Both the position numbers and the translations under genes were made by a program. DNA of 64,000 bases from Spirochaetaceae bacterium (GTDB lineage: Bacteria > Spirochaetota > Spirochaetia > DSM-27196 > PWMO01): assembly GCA_007693485.1 (NCBI GenBank), contig REDM01000163.1, positions 3,036 through 67,035 on the forward strand. The letters run 5' to 3'. The notes under the pieces are model-generated. The model did no database searches. It was not told the origin of the DNA and worked only from the letters and a program-made list of their open reading frames with translations. Positions 39,501-46,941 of this stretch are shown here, piece by piece. Numbering within the stretch: position 1 is the stretch's first letter; each line of letters starts with the position of its first letter.

Positions 39501-41563
39501 CCGTCGATGCCGTCGGCGTCGGCGCGGGCGGGGTAGGGGCCGATGCGGGAACCGTCGGCATAGGGAAAGATGCGCGAGGCGGGAAGGCTCGCGGTGTACT
39601 CCCGCAAGCCCCCGCCGCTGAAGACGCCCGCCTCGGTGAAGTAGTCGCGAAAGAAGAGCTTGCCGCGGTTGCCTTGTGTGAGAGTCGCGAGCGGTGCTGG
39701 GAGATCATCGCCTTCAGGCGGTGCAGAGGGAAACATCGCGAACTCGGCGGCGGGGATGCGGGTCTCGCGCTCTTCCATGCCCAGGAGGCGCAGGATGCCG
39801 GTGGTGTCGGGGTTGGTGAGCTGGACGGCGCCGTCGAGAAAGCCCTGGAAGTTCGGGCGGTTCCAGTCGAGGCGCGCACTGGCGGTGATGGCGCCGGGGT
39901 GGTCGTCTGGGGTGATGGAGTAGGTGTTGCCCAGCACGTTCCAGCGGATACCAAAGGCGAGCTGCAGGTCGAAGGTGTCGTTCAGGCGGATGCGATTTCC
40001 CGATGCGAAGAGCAGATCGCCGCCGGAGCCGTCGGAGAGATAGCTGCGATAGCTCACGTCGATGACGTCGTTGGGGGCTACCGGGAAGCTCGTGGAAAGC
40101 TCGCCGGTGGAGTAGTTCACCGTGAAGCTGTTGTCGGGGCGGCCGTTTCGGGTTACCGAGACCGAGCCGGGAATGGCGCCGGGTCCAATGGAGATTGCGT
40201 TCACCGGCCGCAGCGCCCGGGTCAGAATCTGAAAGTCGGTGTAGCCCGCCTCGGTGGTGCGGTTGGGTCCGTAGAGGCGGGGGAAGGTCGGCGTCGCGAT
40301 TGCGAAGGGATATCGGTTGGCCGGATGGCGGAGGTCCACCGATTTGTCGCCTACGATGAGCTCGCGGCGCTCCTCGCCGAGCGAGAGCGACGATCCTGAG
40401 AGCGAGCGCTCGCGGCTGCTCTCGCGCAGCACCAGCGCGGTGGTCAGGTCGGTGTCGCGCTGAAGGTTGAAGCCGGAGACGTCGTAGCGGTTCTGCAACT
40501 CGAAGGGCGAGAACCGGCCGGGTTGGTAGAGGAGAAGCGCAGCCCCCGGACCGCCGGTCAGTGTTACGCGAAGGTCCTCGAGGAGATTGATTCCGTAGTA
40601 ATCAACATCGGCGAACTCGAAGTTAATCCGACCAGACACATTGAGCAGAAACTCCTCGCCCGGCCGGTCCGCTTCACCAATCAGCGCGTCAACACCGAGC
40701 CCAGACGACCCGACCGGCACCCCCCCAACGGAGTAAAACACCAGCACCCGGCCGGTCGCCGGACGGCGCAGGAAGACAAAGCCTTCGCTCGTGGAAAAAA
40801 CTGCCTCGGCATCGAGGTTGATCCGCTCGTACAATCGGCCGTCGCCGCCGGAAAAGCTCCCGTCGGCCGACTCACGGAAGAGCTGCAGATCCTCTACGTT
40901 CTGGTCGGGCAGGACGAAGAAGCGGCCGCGGATGAAGGCGGAGGGCTCGATGCGCCGTTCGTCGAGTTCGTTCATGCCGAAGAAGCGGCGGCGGTCGGTA
41001 GATGATGGCTCGTAGCGCAAGAGCAGCTCGTGAAGGGTGGTGTCGCTTCGGAACTCGGCCGATGCGCCGGGAGAGTTCTCGAGCGACTCGTTGAAGTCGA
41101 TGTAGGGGTAGGGCGAGATGGAGAGCCCGGCGTTCCCCACCCGCACCGACTGGACAAACTCTCCCTCCTGGCCCTGGTATCCCAGAAGCACCGTGTTGAA
41201 CTCGAAATCGTTAATGAAAGTGGTCTCAAAGAAGAACCGCTCGTAGAGCCAGAGCGAGATGGTGAGATCGACGATGTTGTAGAAGGGGCGCCGCTGCATG
41301 GAGGGAAAGGCGTAGGGAAAGGTGACCCGGCGTCCGTCCGGAGGAATTGCGGGGTGGAAGGCCCAGCCGAGGGTGCCGCCGATGCCGGTACGCCACGAGC
41401 CGTCGATGAAGAGATCAACATCGGCATCGCCAAGCTGAGCCGAAAAGAGGGCCGACGGGGCGTCGGGAACCAGCATGCGGTCGATGTCGCTTTGGGCCCG
41501 AACCGCCGGTGCCAGAAGCAGGAGAAAAAGGGCCGGCAGGAGAATTCGCGGCGCGCTACGCAT
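36554..41563 (-). CDS. Giant (1669 aa) secreted protein, probable outer-membrane beta-barrel-containing protein; family not recognised
   Basis: ATG 41563 gives MRSAPRILLPALFLLLLAPAVRAQS, a clear signal peptide with an AxA site. The track start at 41872 adds 103 implausible residues. The body is rich in alternating beta-strand-like segments and G/D/N turns. The C-terminus GIQAGIEGRIQF ends in Phe, as OMP beta-signals do. Confidence 0.7.
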   Translation of the reverse strand: MRSAPRILLPALFLLLLAPAVRAQSDIDRMLVPDAPSALFSAQLGDADVDLFIDGSWRTGIGGTLGWAFHPAIPPDGRRVTFPYAFPSMQRRPFYNIVDLTISLWLYERFFFETTFINDFEFNTVLLGYQGQEGEFVQSVRVGNAGLSISPYPYIDFNESLENSPGASAEFRSDTTLHELLLRYEPSSTDRRRFFGMNELDERRIEPSAFIRGRFFVLPDQNVEDLQLFRESADGSFSGGDGRLYERINLDAEAVFSTSEGFVFLRRPATGRVLVFYSVGGVPVGSSGLGVDALIGEADRPGEEFLLNVSGRINFEFADVDYYGINLLEDLRVTLTGGPGAALLLYQPGRFSPFELQNRYDVSGFNLQRDTDLTTALVLRESSRERSLSGSSLSLGEERRELIVGDKSVDLRHPANRYPFAIATPTFPRLYGPNRTTEAGYTDFQILTRALRPVNAISIGPGAIPGSVSVTRNGRPDNSFTVNYSTGELSTSFPVAPNDVIDVSYRSYLSDGSGGDLLFASGNRIRLNDTFDLQLAFGIRWNVLGNTYSITPDDHPGAITASARLDWNRPNFQGFLDGAVQLTNPDTTGILRLLGMEERETRIPAAEFAMFPSAPPEGDDLPAPLATLTQGNRGKLFFRDYFTEAGVFSGGGLREYTASLPASRIFPYADGSRIGPYPARADADGIDGNVMVMDYELDGDDWVGAQLRVPGGRRDFSDATGITFRWRALESLDATDPTAVGNPNDVRVYLQIGATDEDLDGDGVLDEGSSPLLPSFLFNHPSVGTLRAGTVAPGRTLVLSEDGTGNGVLDREVPELVFTSRELRLETPGLNGADPFPSGWQTAEISLSAEQRRRLAETRAIRVIVVRNGTATAGRLLFGDFRVQGARPAVASTADPTDSGNPDPVPPPLVPPNVNVREVTDRPPGGVARLIDQYPEVRDVFHPESRDAQRVLRISWGDPPLTDPQWKIVDYVTPVPFRRYDKLIFYLRVAPPLTESGGDPVLTVSLTDEAGDGARGIFAEIPLPDAETLLGSRWRRVELDVASRSVTIDGVDLPPGAQITVDPPAAGRDLTRLSIGMGNTSAGEIYLDEVHWADSRITLEGTSRLALSWQRPDTIWRWGSVDVVRDMKLDHDMSVRSAGFTTDAAAGTGAGLYSSATALRSTIVGARVETDFSMAVSEETTTFTGGHALRIPAAASPVVLLESYRRSYRSPVSSLFRSNALILTGEDLGVARVDANARLRGENLSQTWRIRLESSWSDNPSVFTQMTFIHSSGGFQLSDDLDYASSWISGYQLLAPNVEGSGIARDTRSETRLRFDYDRASVQVEPNWDIQNQSATRGTQRNRGSLALSTPLRFGGPGFRAWSLTPAYSRAAAFTTVAPDHDSYRDDIAAFWSAFGEQRYFFTSPPFYELLAPADDLLFASDTAGLSSARYDPEASLTYQRNFGSTIRDLFVPHRVRTALRRSLVRDADAVTDTVTWQLDLTSAAVNLFGSLGAYQLVTFYQSDEFRNSIDFRIQDRRTDGTYQIDTQILSESAFFGRRNRSLAIDHAVGISAPEDTQIDVESVVAFRRRNEPASIFGIEALQPAIDRGAYYQHSERLTVTALQFREDRWRNEITVLLGHETSLELPDQGSVRAYFDLGLGWKPFDLDAVRERMFILGIQAGIEGRIQF

Positions 41564-41671
41564 CGATGCGCCATTATTTGCGGAATCGTCGGTTATGTAA
41601 ACGGCGCCCCCTTCCGAAATTTGAAGAAGGCAGTATACTGAAGCAATATCCTTGCGCGCGGAGTGTCGATC

Positions 41672-42565
41672 ATGCGAAAAACCGGAACAATTGCAGGGGC
41701 GATCATCGCGATTGCCGGGGTCCTGGTGGTAATTCATCTTGCCGTCCAGGAGCTGGCGGTTATCCTGCGCTGGAGCTGGGATCATCGGATGATCCTGCTC
41801 TACGTCGGGCTCGCCCTGGACCTCATCTTTACGGTTGACTTCCTGGTGCGCTCCTACTTCGCGCTGCTCCACCGGCGGATGGGGAGGTACTTCTTCCGCG
41901 AGCGCGGATGGATCGATTTCCTGGCGTCAATACCGATTCTGTTGTTGATCTCCGGACCGCCGGTGCTTGCAGCCATGGCAGGAACAGCCACCATTGCGGG
42001 GTTGAGCCGGGTGGCCAACGTCATCGAGATCACCAAGGCGGTGCGCATCGGACGCGGACTTCGCCTCCTGCGCGTGCTGAAGTTCTTTCGCCTTCAGACC
42101 GAGGACGATTACGGCCCCTCAAGCTTCCACCGTCTGCTCGCTGCGGCGGTCTGTTCCATTGCCATCCTCGGTTTTCTCGCGGGACTTGCCCCGGTCTGGA
42201 TCAACGTTGACGGTCTGGAAGCACGAGCCGAGGCACGCTACGACACCATTGTCCGGTTGGTTGCCGAAGGTAACCTGACGCAATCCGGCGGGCAGGCGAT
42301 GCTCTCCACCCTGGTGACCCTCGAACCGGATCTGTTGGCAATCCACGACGGCGAACGGCGGGTTTACTCGCGCCATTCTGCCGAGTACCACGCGACGCAA
42401 CTTGGCCCTCAGGACTATCTCTATCTGCAGTCGGGATCGGTCGGGCTCTTTTTTGACATACGTCCGATTCACGTGGCTGCCGCACGCGCGAACCTTACCA
42501 TGCTCGTGATGATTCTGGGGGTGCTGCTCGTTGCCTTTGCTACCCCACGGAGGAATCGGGAGTAG
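41672..42565 (+). CDS. Membrane protein with an ion-channel-type voltage-sensor-like domain (S1-S4) but no recognisable pore/selectivity filter
   Basis: The S4-like helix RIGRGLRLLRVLKFFRL has Arg/Lys at every third position and is preceded by S1-S3-like TMs (DLIFTVDFLVR, GWIDFLASIPILL). Two further TMs flank a ~100-aa soluble insert. No T-x-G-[YF]-G motif is present. Confidence 0.55.
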   Translation: MRKTGTIAGAIIAIAGVLVVIHLAVQELAVILRWSWDHRMILLYVGLALDLIFTVDFLVRSYFALLHRRMGRYFFRERGWIDFLASIPILLLISGPPVLAAMAGTATIAGLSRVANVIEITKAVRIGRGLRLLRVLKFFRLQTEDDYGPSSFHRLLAAAVCSIAILGFLAGLAPVWINVDGLEARAEARYDTIVRLVAEGNLTQSGGQAMLSTLVTLEPDLLAIHDGERRVYSRHSAEYHATQLGPQDYLYLQSGSVGLFFDIRPIHVAAARANLTMLVMILGVLLVAFATPRRNRE

Positions 42566-42581
42566 CCCGGCAGGACAGGTC

Positions 42582-42869
42582 ATGGTTGTCTCGATGATTC
42601 AGTTCATTATCGAACTGCCGGACGTGACGTCCATCAAGGAGAAACGACGGATCGTTCATTCGGTTCGGGATCGATTGATCCGAAAGTACAAGCTTTCGGT
42701 GGCGGAGGTGGATCTGCTCGACAGCCTCGCCTATTCGCAGATTGGTGCAGCCCTGGTCTCCAACTCAAAGCGGTACGGGGAAACGGTCATGCACAAGGTG
42801 CTCGCCTTTCTGGAAGACGAGTGCGAGGGCCGGCTGCACGACGTGCAGATTATCTCCGAACAGTACTGA
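42582..42869 (+). CDS. DUF503 family protein (YlxP-like)
   Basis: IELPDVTSIKEKRRIVHSVRDRLIRKYKLSVAEVD is the typical DUF503 N-terminal block. ATG 42582 gives the usual ~95 aa size. Confidence 0.75.
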   Translation: MVVSMIQFIIELPDVTSIKEKRRIVHSVRDRLIRKYKLSVAEVDLLDSLAYSQIGAALVSNSKRYGETVMHKVLAFLEDECEGRLHDVQIISEQY

Positions 42870-42871
42870 CG

Positions 42872-43561
42872 CTACACCGGAAAGAGGTAAAGATCAGAGA
42901 TCACGTGCTCACGGTCGAACCGGAAGACCTCCGCCCGACGGGGGTCAGCCGTCATTCGCAGTGAAAAGACGTGCTCGATCGCCTCAAAACCGGCAACCTT
43001 CGCGGTAATCACAAAATCAAAGGTCTGAATCGCTCTCTCGGTGGCCGGTATTGATCGTGGCCAGAAGAGATAGGTTCCGTGAGTGCCCGTTCCCAACTGG
43101 AAGGGATTCTGCCAGCGTGGGTCAAACATGGGAACGAGACCGGAATCCTGATGCAGTTCGACGTCGATCCCCGTCATGGGTTCAAAGGTCAGACCGTGGA
43201 AGACCCTCCCCTTGATGGTGGGAAAGTTGAAATGGGGCCCATCGACCGTTGGAGCTGCCGGCTCGGCGTCACCGTAGTAGGAGCGCTTGACGAACGAGAC
43301 GCGGCGAAGCGCCTCGTGTGCCATGGTGACCACATCGATCAGCGTCTGAGGGTTTTCGGAGATGTCGGTCTCAACGTGCGCCATTCCGCGTGCAGAGGTG
43401 ACGTACCTCGCCGGCTGGCGGTTGAGCACGTAGCACGCGGCATCGAGTCGGCAGAGGCGCGAGGTGCTGTAGTTGTGGGGATTACCGGACGCTTCTTCCT
43501 CATCGCAGATCTCGTTGACTATCTGGAGGACCTCGTCCTCCATCAGGTTATGAATCTCCAA
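42872..43561 (-). CDS. ComFB-domain protein with a C-terminal beta-sandwich-like extension
   Basis: (L/M)EIHNLMEDEVLQIVNEICDEEEA...RLCRLDAACYVLNRQPARYV matches the ComFB pattern (N.mEe.V...C.C..C..D..a.aLN.lpp.Y). TTG 43561 or ATG 43543 could be the start. The upstream part of the track ORF is not coding-like. The C-terminal TIKGRVFHGLTFEPMTGIDVEL resembles a CarboxypepD_reg-type fold. Confidence 0.65.
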   Translation of the reverse strand: MEIHNLMEDEVLQIVNEICDEEEASGNPHNYSTSRLCRLDAACYVLNRQPARYVTSARGMAHVETDISENPQTLIDVVTMAHEALRRVSFVKRSYYGDAEPAAPTVDGPHFNFPTIKGRVFHGLTFEPMTGIDVELHQDSGLVPMFDPRWQNPFQLGTGTHGTYLFWPRSIPATERAIQTFDFVITAKVAGFEAIEHVFSLRMTADPRRAEVFRFDREHVISDLYLFPV

Positions 43562-44006
43562 ATGAGACCCCCCGGCCAAACTCACGCTGGATCTGGAACA
43601 GCTCCTCCAGCGTATCGATGGTCTCACGGAAGTCACGCACGGTCTCTTTGAGCGAAAAGTAGTTGAGCCCCGCGTAGTAAATCTTGGAGAAGATTGAGAA
43701 CGAGATCTCGCCGTCGGCCGTCTCAAGGTTGAAATAGCAACCAAACTCGTAGCAGATGTGGACGATGTCCTCCAGCCGGCTGCGGATGAAATCGGCAAAA
43801 TGGGGCGAGAACGAGAAGGTAAAGGCCAGCTCGAGAAACTTGCTCTCCCGGTCTATGAACAACCCGCCCTGAAAGCCGTCATCGCTTTCAAAGCCGGCGG
43901 AGTAACTGTCCTCGAGCAATTCTCCATCCAGCACCTCGTACCCCAGTTCGCGAAAGAGTACCTCGGTGCGGCGGATCCGCTCCTTCATGAGTTTGGAATA
44001 CTTCAT
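43548..44006 (-). CDS. Small acidic hypothetical protein (possibly YbjN-like fold)
   Basis: A 152-aa coding-like ORF with 27-nt spacing to the upstream gene. It ends 5 nt before, or overlaps by 14 nt, the ComFB gene start. I recognise no diagnostic motif. Confidence 0.5.
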   Translation of the reverse strand: MKYSKLMKERIRRTEVLFRELGYEVLDGELLEDSYSAGFESDDGFQGGLFIDRESKFLELAFTFSFSPHFADFIRSRLEDIVHICYEFGCYFNLETADGEISFSIFSKIYYAGLNYFSLKETVRDFRETIDTLEELFQIQREFGRGVSFGDS

Positions 44007-44033
44007 CGAGTGCTCCGCATGGTCATCAGTCTA

Positions 44034-44867
44034 CTACGAACCATCGGTTGTATCAATTGTGTCAATCTTGCCCGGGAGGTAGTCCCAATTGATGTTCGCG
44101 GTACTGCGGTAGATGTTCTGTCGGACTCGCGGATTGTGCCGTCGCAGTTCGCGGATCATCGGCTTGAGCACGGTGCGAATGTTTTTCTCCTTGAGCGGGC
44201 AGTTGATGGAGACCACCGGGAGACTGAGTCGCTCGGTGACGCGCACGATCTCCTCTTCGGTGACCCGACAGAGCGGTCGGATGATGTGCAGTCGTCCGTC
44301 AAACAGCTCCTGCCTGGGCTTCATGGTGGCAAACTCTCCGCGAAAGCAGAGGTTCATCAGCGTGGTCTCCACAATGTCGTCAAGATGGTGCCCGAAGGCA
44401 ACCAGGTTGGCGCCGCGTTCGCGCGCCACGTCAAACAGCACTCGCTTGCGGTTTCGGGCGCACAGGTAACAGTCAAACCGTCCGTGGAACGACGGGGGAA
44501 ACATCGACATGGGGATCGAGGTAAATGGGACCTCGATCGCCGCAAAATACCGCTCAAGGGCCGCATGATCGGACTCGGAGAGAGCGTGTTCGCGCCAGTC
44601 GACGTGGATCGCCTCCACAGTGTAGGAGATGGGCAGCCACCTCCGTCGAAGGCTCAGCGCGAGGGCGAGCGAGAGCGAGTCCTTTCCGCCCGAGACGCCC
44701 ACCAGGACGTGGTCGCCCTCGGAGATCATCGCGTGCTCGTTGATGCCGCGACCGACGGTTCGTACGAAGCGCTCCAGCCAGGGAGGTGTTTCGCCGCGCC
44801 GCATGATTCGCTCAAGCTCGGCAAACGTCGCGTCCGTGGTCCCTTCTTCCGGCCCGCCTGTTCCCAT
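44034..44867 (-). CDS. ttcA: PP-loop ATPase of the TtcA (tRNA 2-thiocytidine) family
   Basis: PP-loop VGVSGGKDS, Cys motifs CYLCARNRK and INCP, and the HHLDD block. ATG 44867 lies 7 nt after the HD gene stop. The upstream part of the track ORF is not coding-like. Confidence 0.7.
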   Translation of the reverse strand: MGTGGPEEGTTDATFAELERIMRRGETPPWLERFVRTVGRGINEHAMISEGDHVLVGVSGGKDSLSLALALSLRRRWLPISYTVEAIHVDWREHALSESDHAALERYFAAIEVPFTSIPMSMFPPSFHGRFDCYLCARNRKRVLFDVARERGANLVAFGHHLDDIVETTLMNLCFRGEFATMKPRQELFDGRLHIIRPLCRVTEEEIVRVTERLSLPVVSINCPLKEKNIRTVLKPMIRELRRHNPRVRQNIYRSTANINWDYLPGKIDTIDTTDGS

Positions 44868-44874
44868 GCTTCCC

Positions 44875-46140
44875 TCAGCAGGCAAGCAGTGCCTCCGGAT
44901 TGCGCACCTCGGCGGCGATCTCCGGGGCCACCACCAGACGGAGCCGTCGCAGGGTGCGGGTGAAATCGCCGATGACGCCGGTGGTGAACACGGTATCCGA
45001 CATCGGGTAGTCGAGCGCTTTCCCGTCGTGCACCACGGGCAGATGAACCTCAAAGCTGATGTTCTCCGGCACGTCGATGATGACCGCCTCAGGGGGGACC
45101 GATGCTGCGTGCGCCCCGTCGAGCCGGGCGGCAATCCGCGCTTCCAGTTCGGCACGGACGGAGAGGTCGGTGACTGCGGCGTGGATCGGGTTTGCGGGAT
45201 CGAAAGCCACCTCGTAGACCGGCTGATGGAGCCTGCGGTTGTAGACGCGGCGGATAAGATCGAAGACCGGGTATTCGCGCTGGGCAAACTGCACGAAGAA
45301 CAGATCGTCATCGAGGCCGTAGAGGTCGCTCGGTTGGATGACTCCCTCGCGCAGCGCCAGATGGACCGCCTTCTTGATCATGGCGGTTGCCACCCGCACC
45401 GTGCGGTGCCAGTAGACCGCGCGGTACATCAGGTACTTCGCAAAGAGGATGCTCTCAACGGCCGAGATTCCCGATGCCTCCAGAGCGATCCCGTTTCGAC
45501 CCGATGTCTGGAGGCGGCTCAGAATAAAGTCGATGTCCTGCACGCCGTAGGGCACCCCGCAGAAATAGGCGTCTCGATTGAGGTAGTCGAGTTTGTCCGG
45601 GTCGAGGGTGCCGGAAAGAATGGCACGAAAGAACGCCACTTCGCTCCCCTCGGCAGCCGGAAGCGTCGTGTCCACGATGGCAGCAACCATTGCCGGATCG
45701 GCGTGTACCGATTCGCGGATCACCGAGACAACCGGTTCGCTCTGCACGAGCTCGGCGGTGAGCACCTCGTGCTCCTTGAGCGCAAGCTCCTTGAAGCTGT
45801 GGGTGTAGGGAAAGTGACCCAGGTCGTGCAGCAGGGCGGCAACCAGGAAGGCTTTGACTCCCTCGAGGCTCACATCCAGGTTCGGATCCACCACCAGTAG
45901 ACGCCGAATCATCCGCCGGGCGATGTCAAACACGCCGAGACTGTGACTAAGCCGCGTGTGGGTGGCGCCCGGATAGACGAGGTAGGCGGGGCCCAGCTGT
46001 TTGATGCGCGAAAGCTGCCGGCATGCCGGCGTATCCAGCAGTCTCTGAATTGGCTCGGAAACGTAGATGTGCTTCCACAGGGGATCGCGTATTGGCTTCT
46101 GGTAATCGCGTTCGAGGTGGTCTACAATGCGGGAATCCAT
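44875..46140 (-). CDS. HD-domain phosphohydrolase (dGTPase/SAMHD1-like subgroup)
   Basis: IRDPLWKHIYVS...RLSRIKQLG...THTRLSHSLGV and LLHDLGHFPYTHSFKE are HD metal-ligand blocks in the dNTP-triphosphohydrolase-like arrangement. Confidence 0.8.
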   Translation of the reverse strand: MDSRIVDHLERDYQKPIRDPLWKHIYVSEPIQRLLDTPACRQLSRIKQLGPAYLVYPGATHTRLSHSLGVFDIARRMIRRLLVVDPNLDVSLEGVKAFLVAALLHDLGHFPYTHSFKELALKEHEVLTAELVQSEPVVSVIRESVHADPAMVAAIVDTTLPAAEGSEVAFFRAILSGTLDPDKLDYLNRDAYFCGVPYGVQDIDFILSRLQTSGRNGIALEASGISAVESILFAKYLMYRAVYWHRTVRVATAMIKKAVHLALREGVIQPSDLYGLDDDLFFVQFAQREYPVFDLIRRVYNRRLHQPVYEVAFDPANPIHAAVTDLSVRAELEARIAARLDGAHAASVPPEAVIIDVPENISFEVHLPVVHDGKALDYPMSDTVFTTGVIGDFTRTLRRLRLVVAPEIAAEVRNPEALLAC

Positions 46141-46897
46141 GTGGGACCCATTCTATCGTAGGACAGACCGTTTGACCAACGGTTTGGCGCGATGCGTCAC
46201 GGTGGCGGCTTTCTGCCTGCTTGCTGTGCTGATGCTCATCGGGTGCGACCGCTCGCGCATCGAAGGCGACGCGCAACCTCCCGAGGAGGCGGTTGCCTCG
46301 GACGTGTCCGAAACGGAGGCCCCCGAAGCGGACGCGTCCGAAACGCAATTGCGCCCCGCCACCGGCGATTCTACTGAGGCCGTCTCTCGATCGGAGGCCC
46401 AGCCATCCGCTGTTGCCTCGATCAATGCTCCGCGATTCCTGGTTCCCAAGGGGCGACTGCAGCGCCTCACGCCGGCGGATGCCTTCATCGGAGAACTGGT
46501 CGATACCGAAACTGCGGCACAGACCGAGGTCTACGCCGTTGCGTATGACTTTCTGCGTGCACTCGATGACCCGAAGCGCGCGATCTCGCTGGTTATTCCG
46601 GAGGCGAGGAGCAATCTGGAGCGGATCATCACCGATGAGGGGACGCCGTTTCTGGACGTGCCGTCTATTCGCATCGCGCGTGCCCGCTTTGTCTCGGCAC
46701 GGGAGGCGACGGTCTCTGTTCGGCTTCTGGTACACGATGCGAGCACCATGGGGAACCTGGTGGTGGAGAATCGAGACAACAATTGGTATATTGCGGACAT
46801 GCTGCTTGACCTTCGTGAGCTGTCCCGACCCGCCGACCGAACAATGGGCGCGCGTCTGGAACCGTGGGCCGATCGCTCACCGCTCATCGGACCATGA
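46139..46897 (+). CDS. Lipoprotein, function unknown (start uncertain: ATG 46127, ATG 46139 or TTG 46172)
   Basis: Signal peptide ending in lipobox LMLIGC. Divergent from the HD gene. Confidence 0.55.
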   Translation: MWDPFYRRTDRLTNGLARCVTVAAFCLLAVLMLIGCDRSRIEGDAQPPEEAVASDVSETEAPEADASETQLRPATGDSTEAVSRSEAQPSAVASINAPRFLVPKGRLQRLTPADAFIGELVDTETAAQTEVYAVAYDFLRALDDPKRAISLVIPEARSNLERIITDEGTPFLDVPSIRIARARFVSAREATVSVRLLVHDASTMGNLVVENRDNNWYIADMLLDLRELSRPADRTMGARLEPWADRSPLIGP

Positions 46898-46941
46898 TCC
46901 GGGCACACCATATGCCGATCAGACCATAAGAGGAACCGTGG

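Noticed and set aside
41564-41872. 103-residue N-terminal extension of the giant protein in the track. Similar extensions appear on track ORFs at 1013, 1779, 14690, 20253, 22375, 30293, 43798, 45311, 52011 and 55372.
   Set aside because: The extensions overlap neighbouring genes or lack coding character. Internal starts give proper signal peptides, family N-termini, RBSs or 4-nt stop-start overlaps.
46138-46141. Shared CATG in which the HD gene ATG (minus strand) and a lipoprotein ATG (plus strand) overlap.
   Set aside because: Face-to-face overlapping starts leave no promoter space. The lipoprotein more likely initiates downstream (for example TTG 46172, which gives a compact signal peptide).
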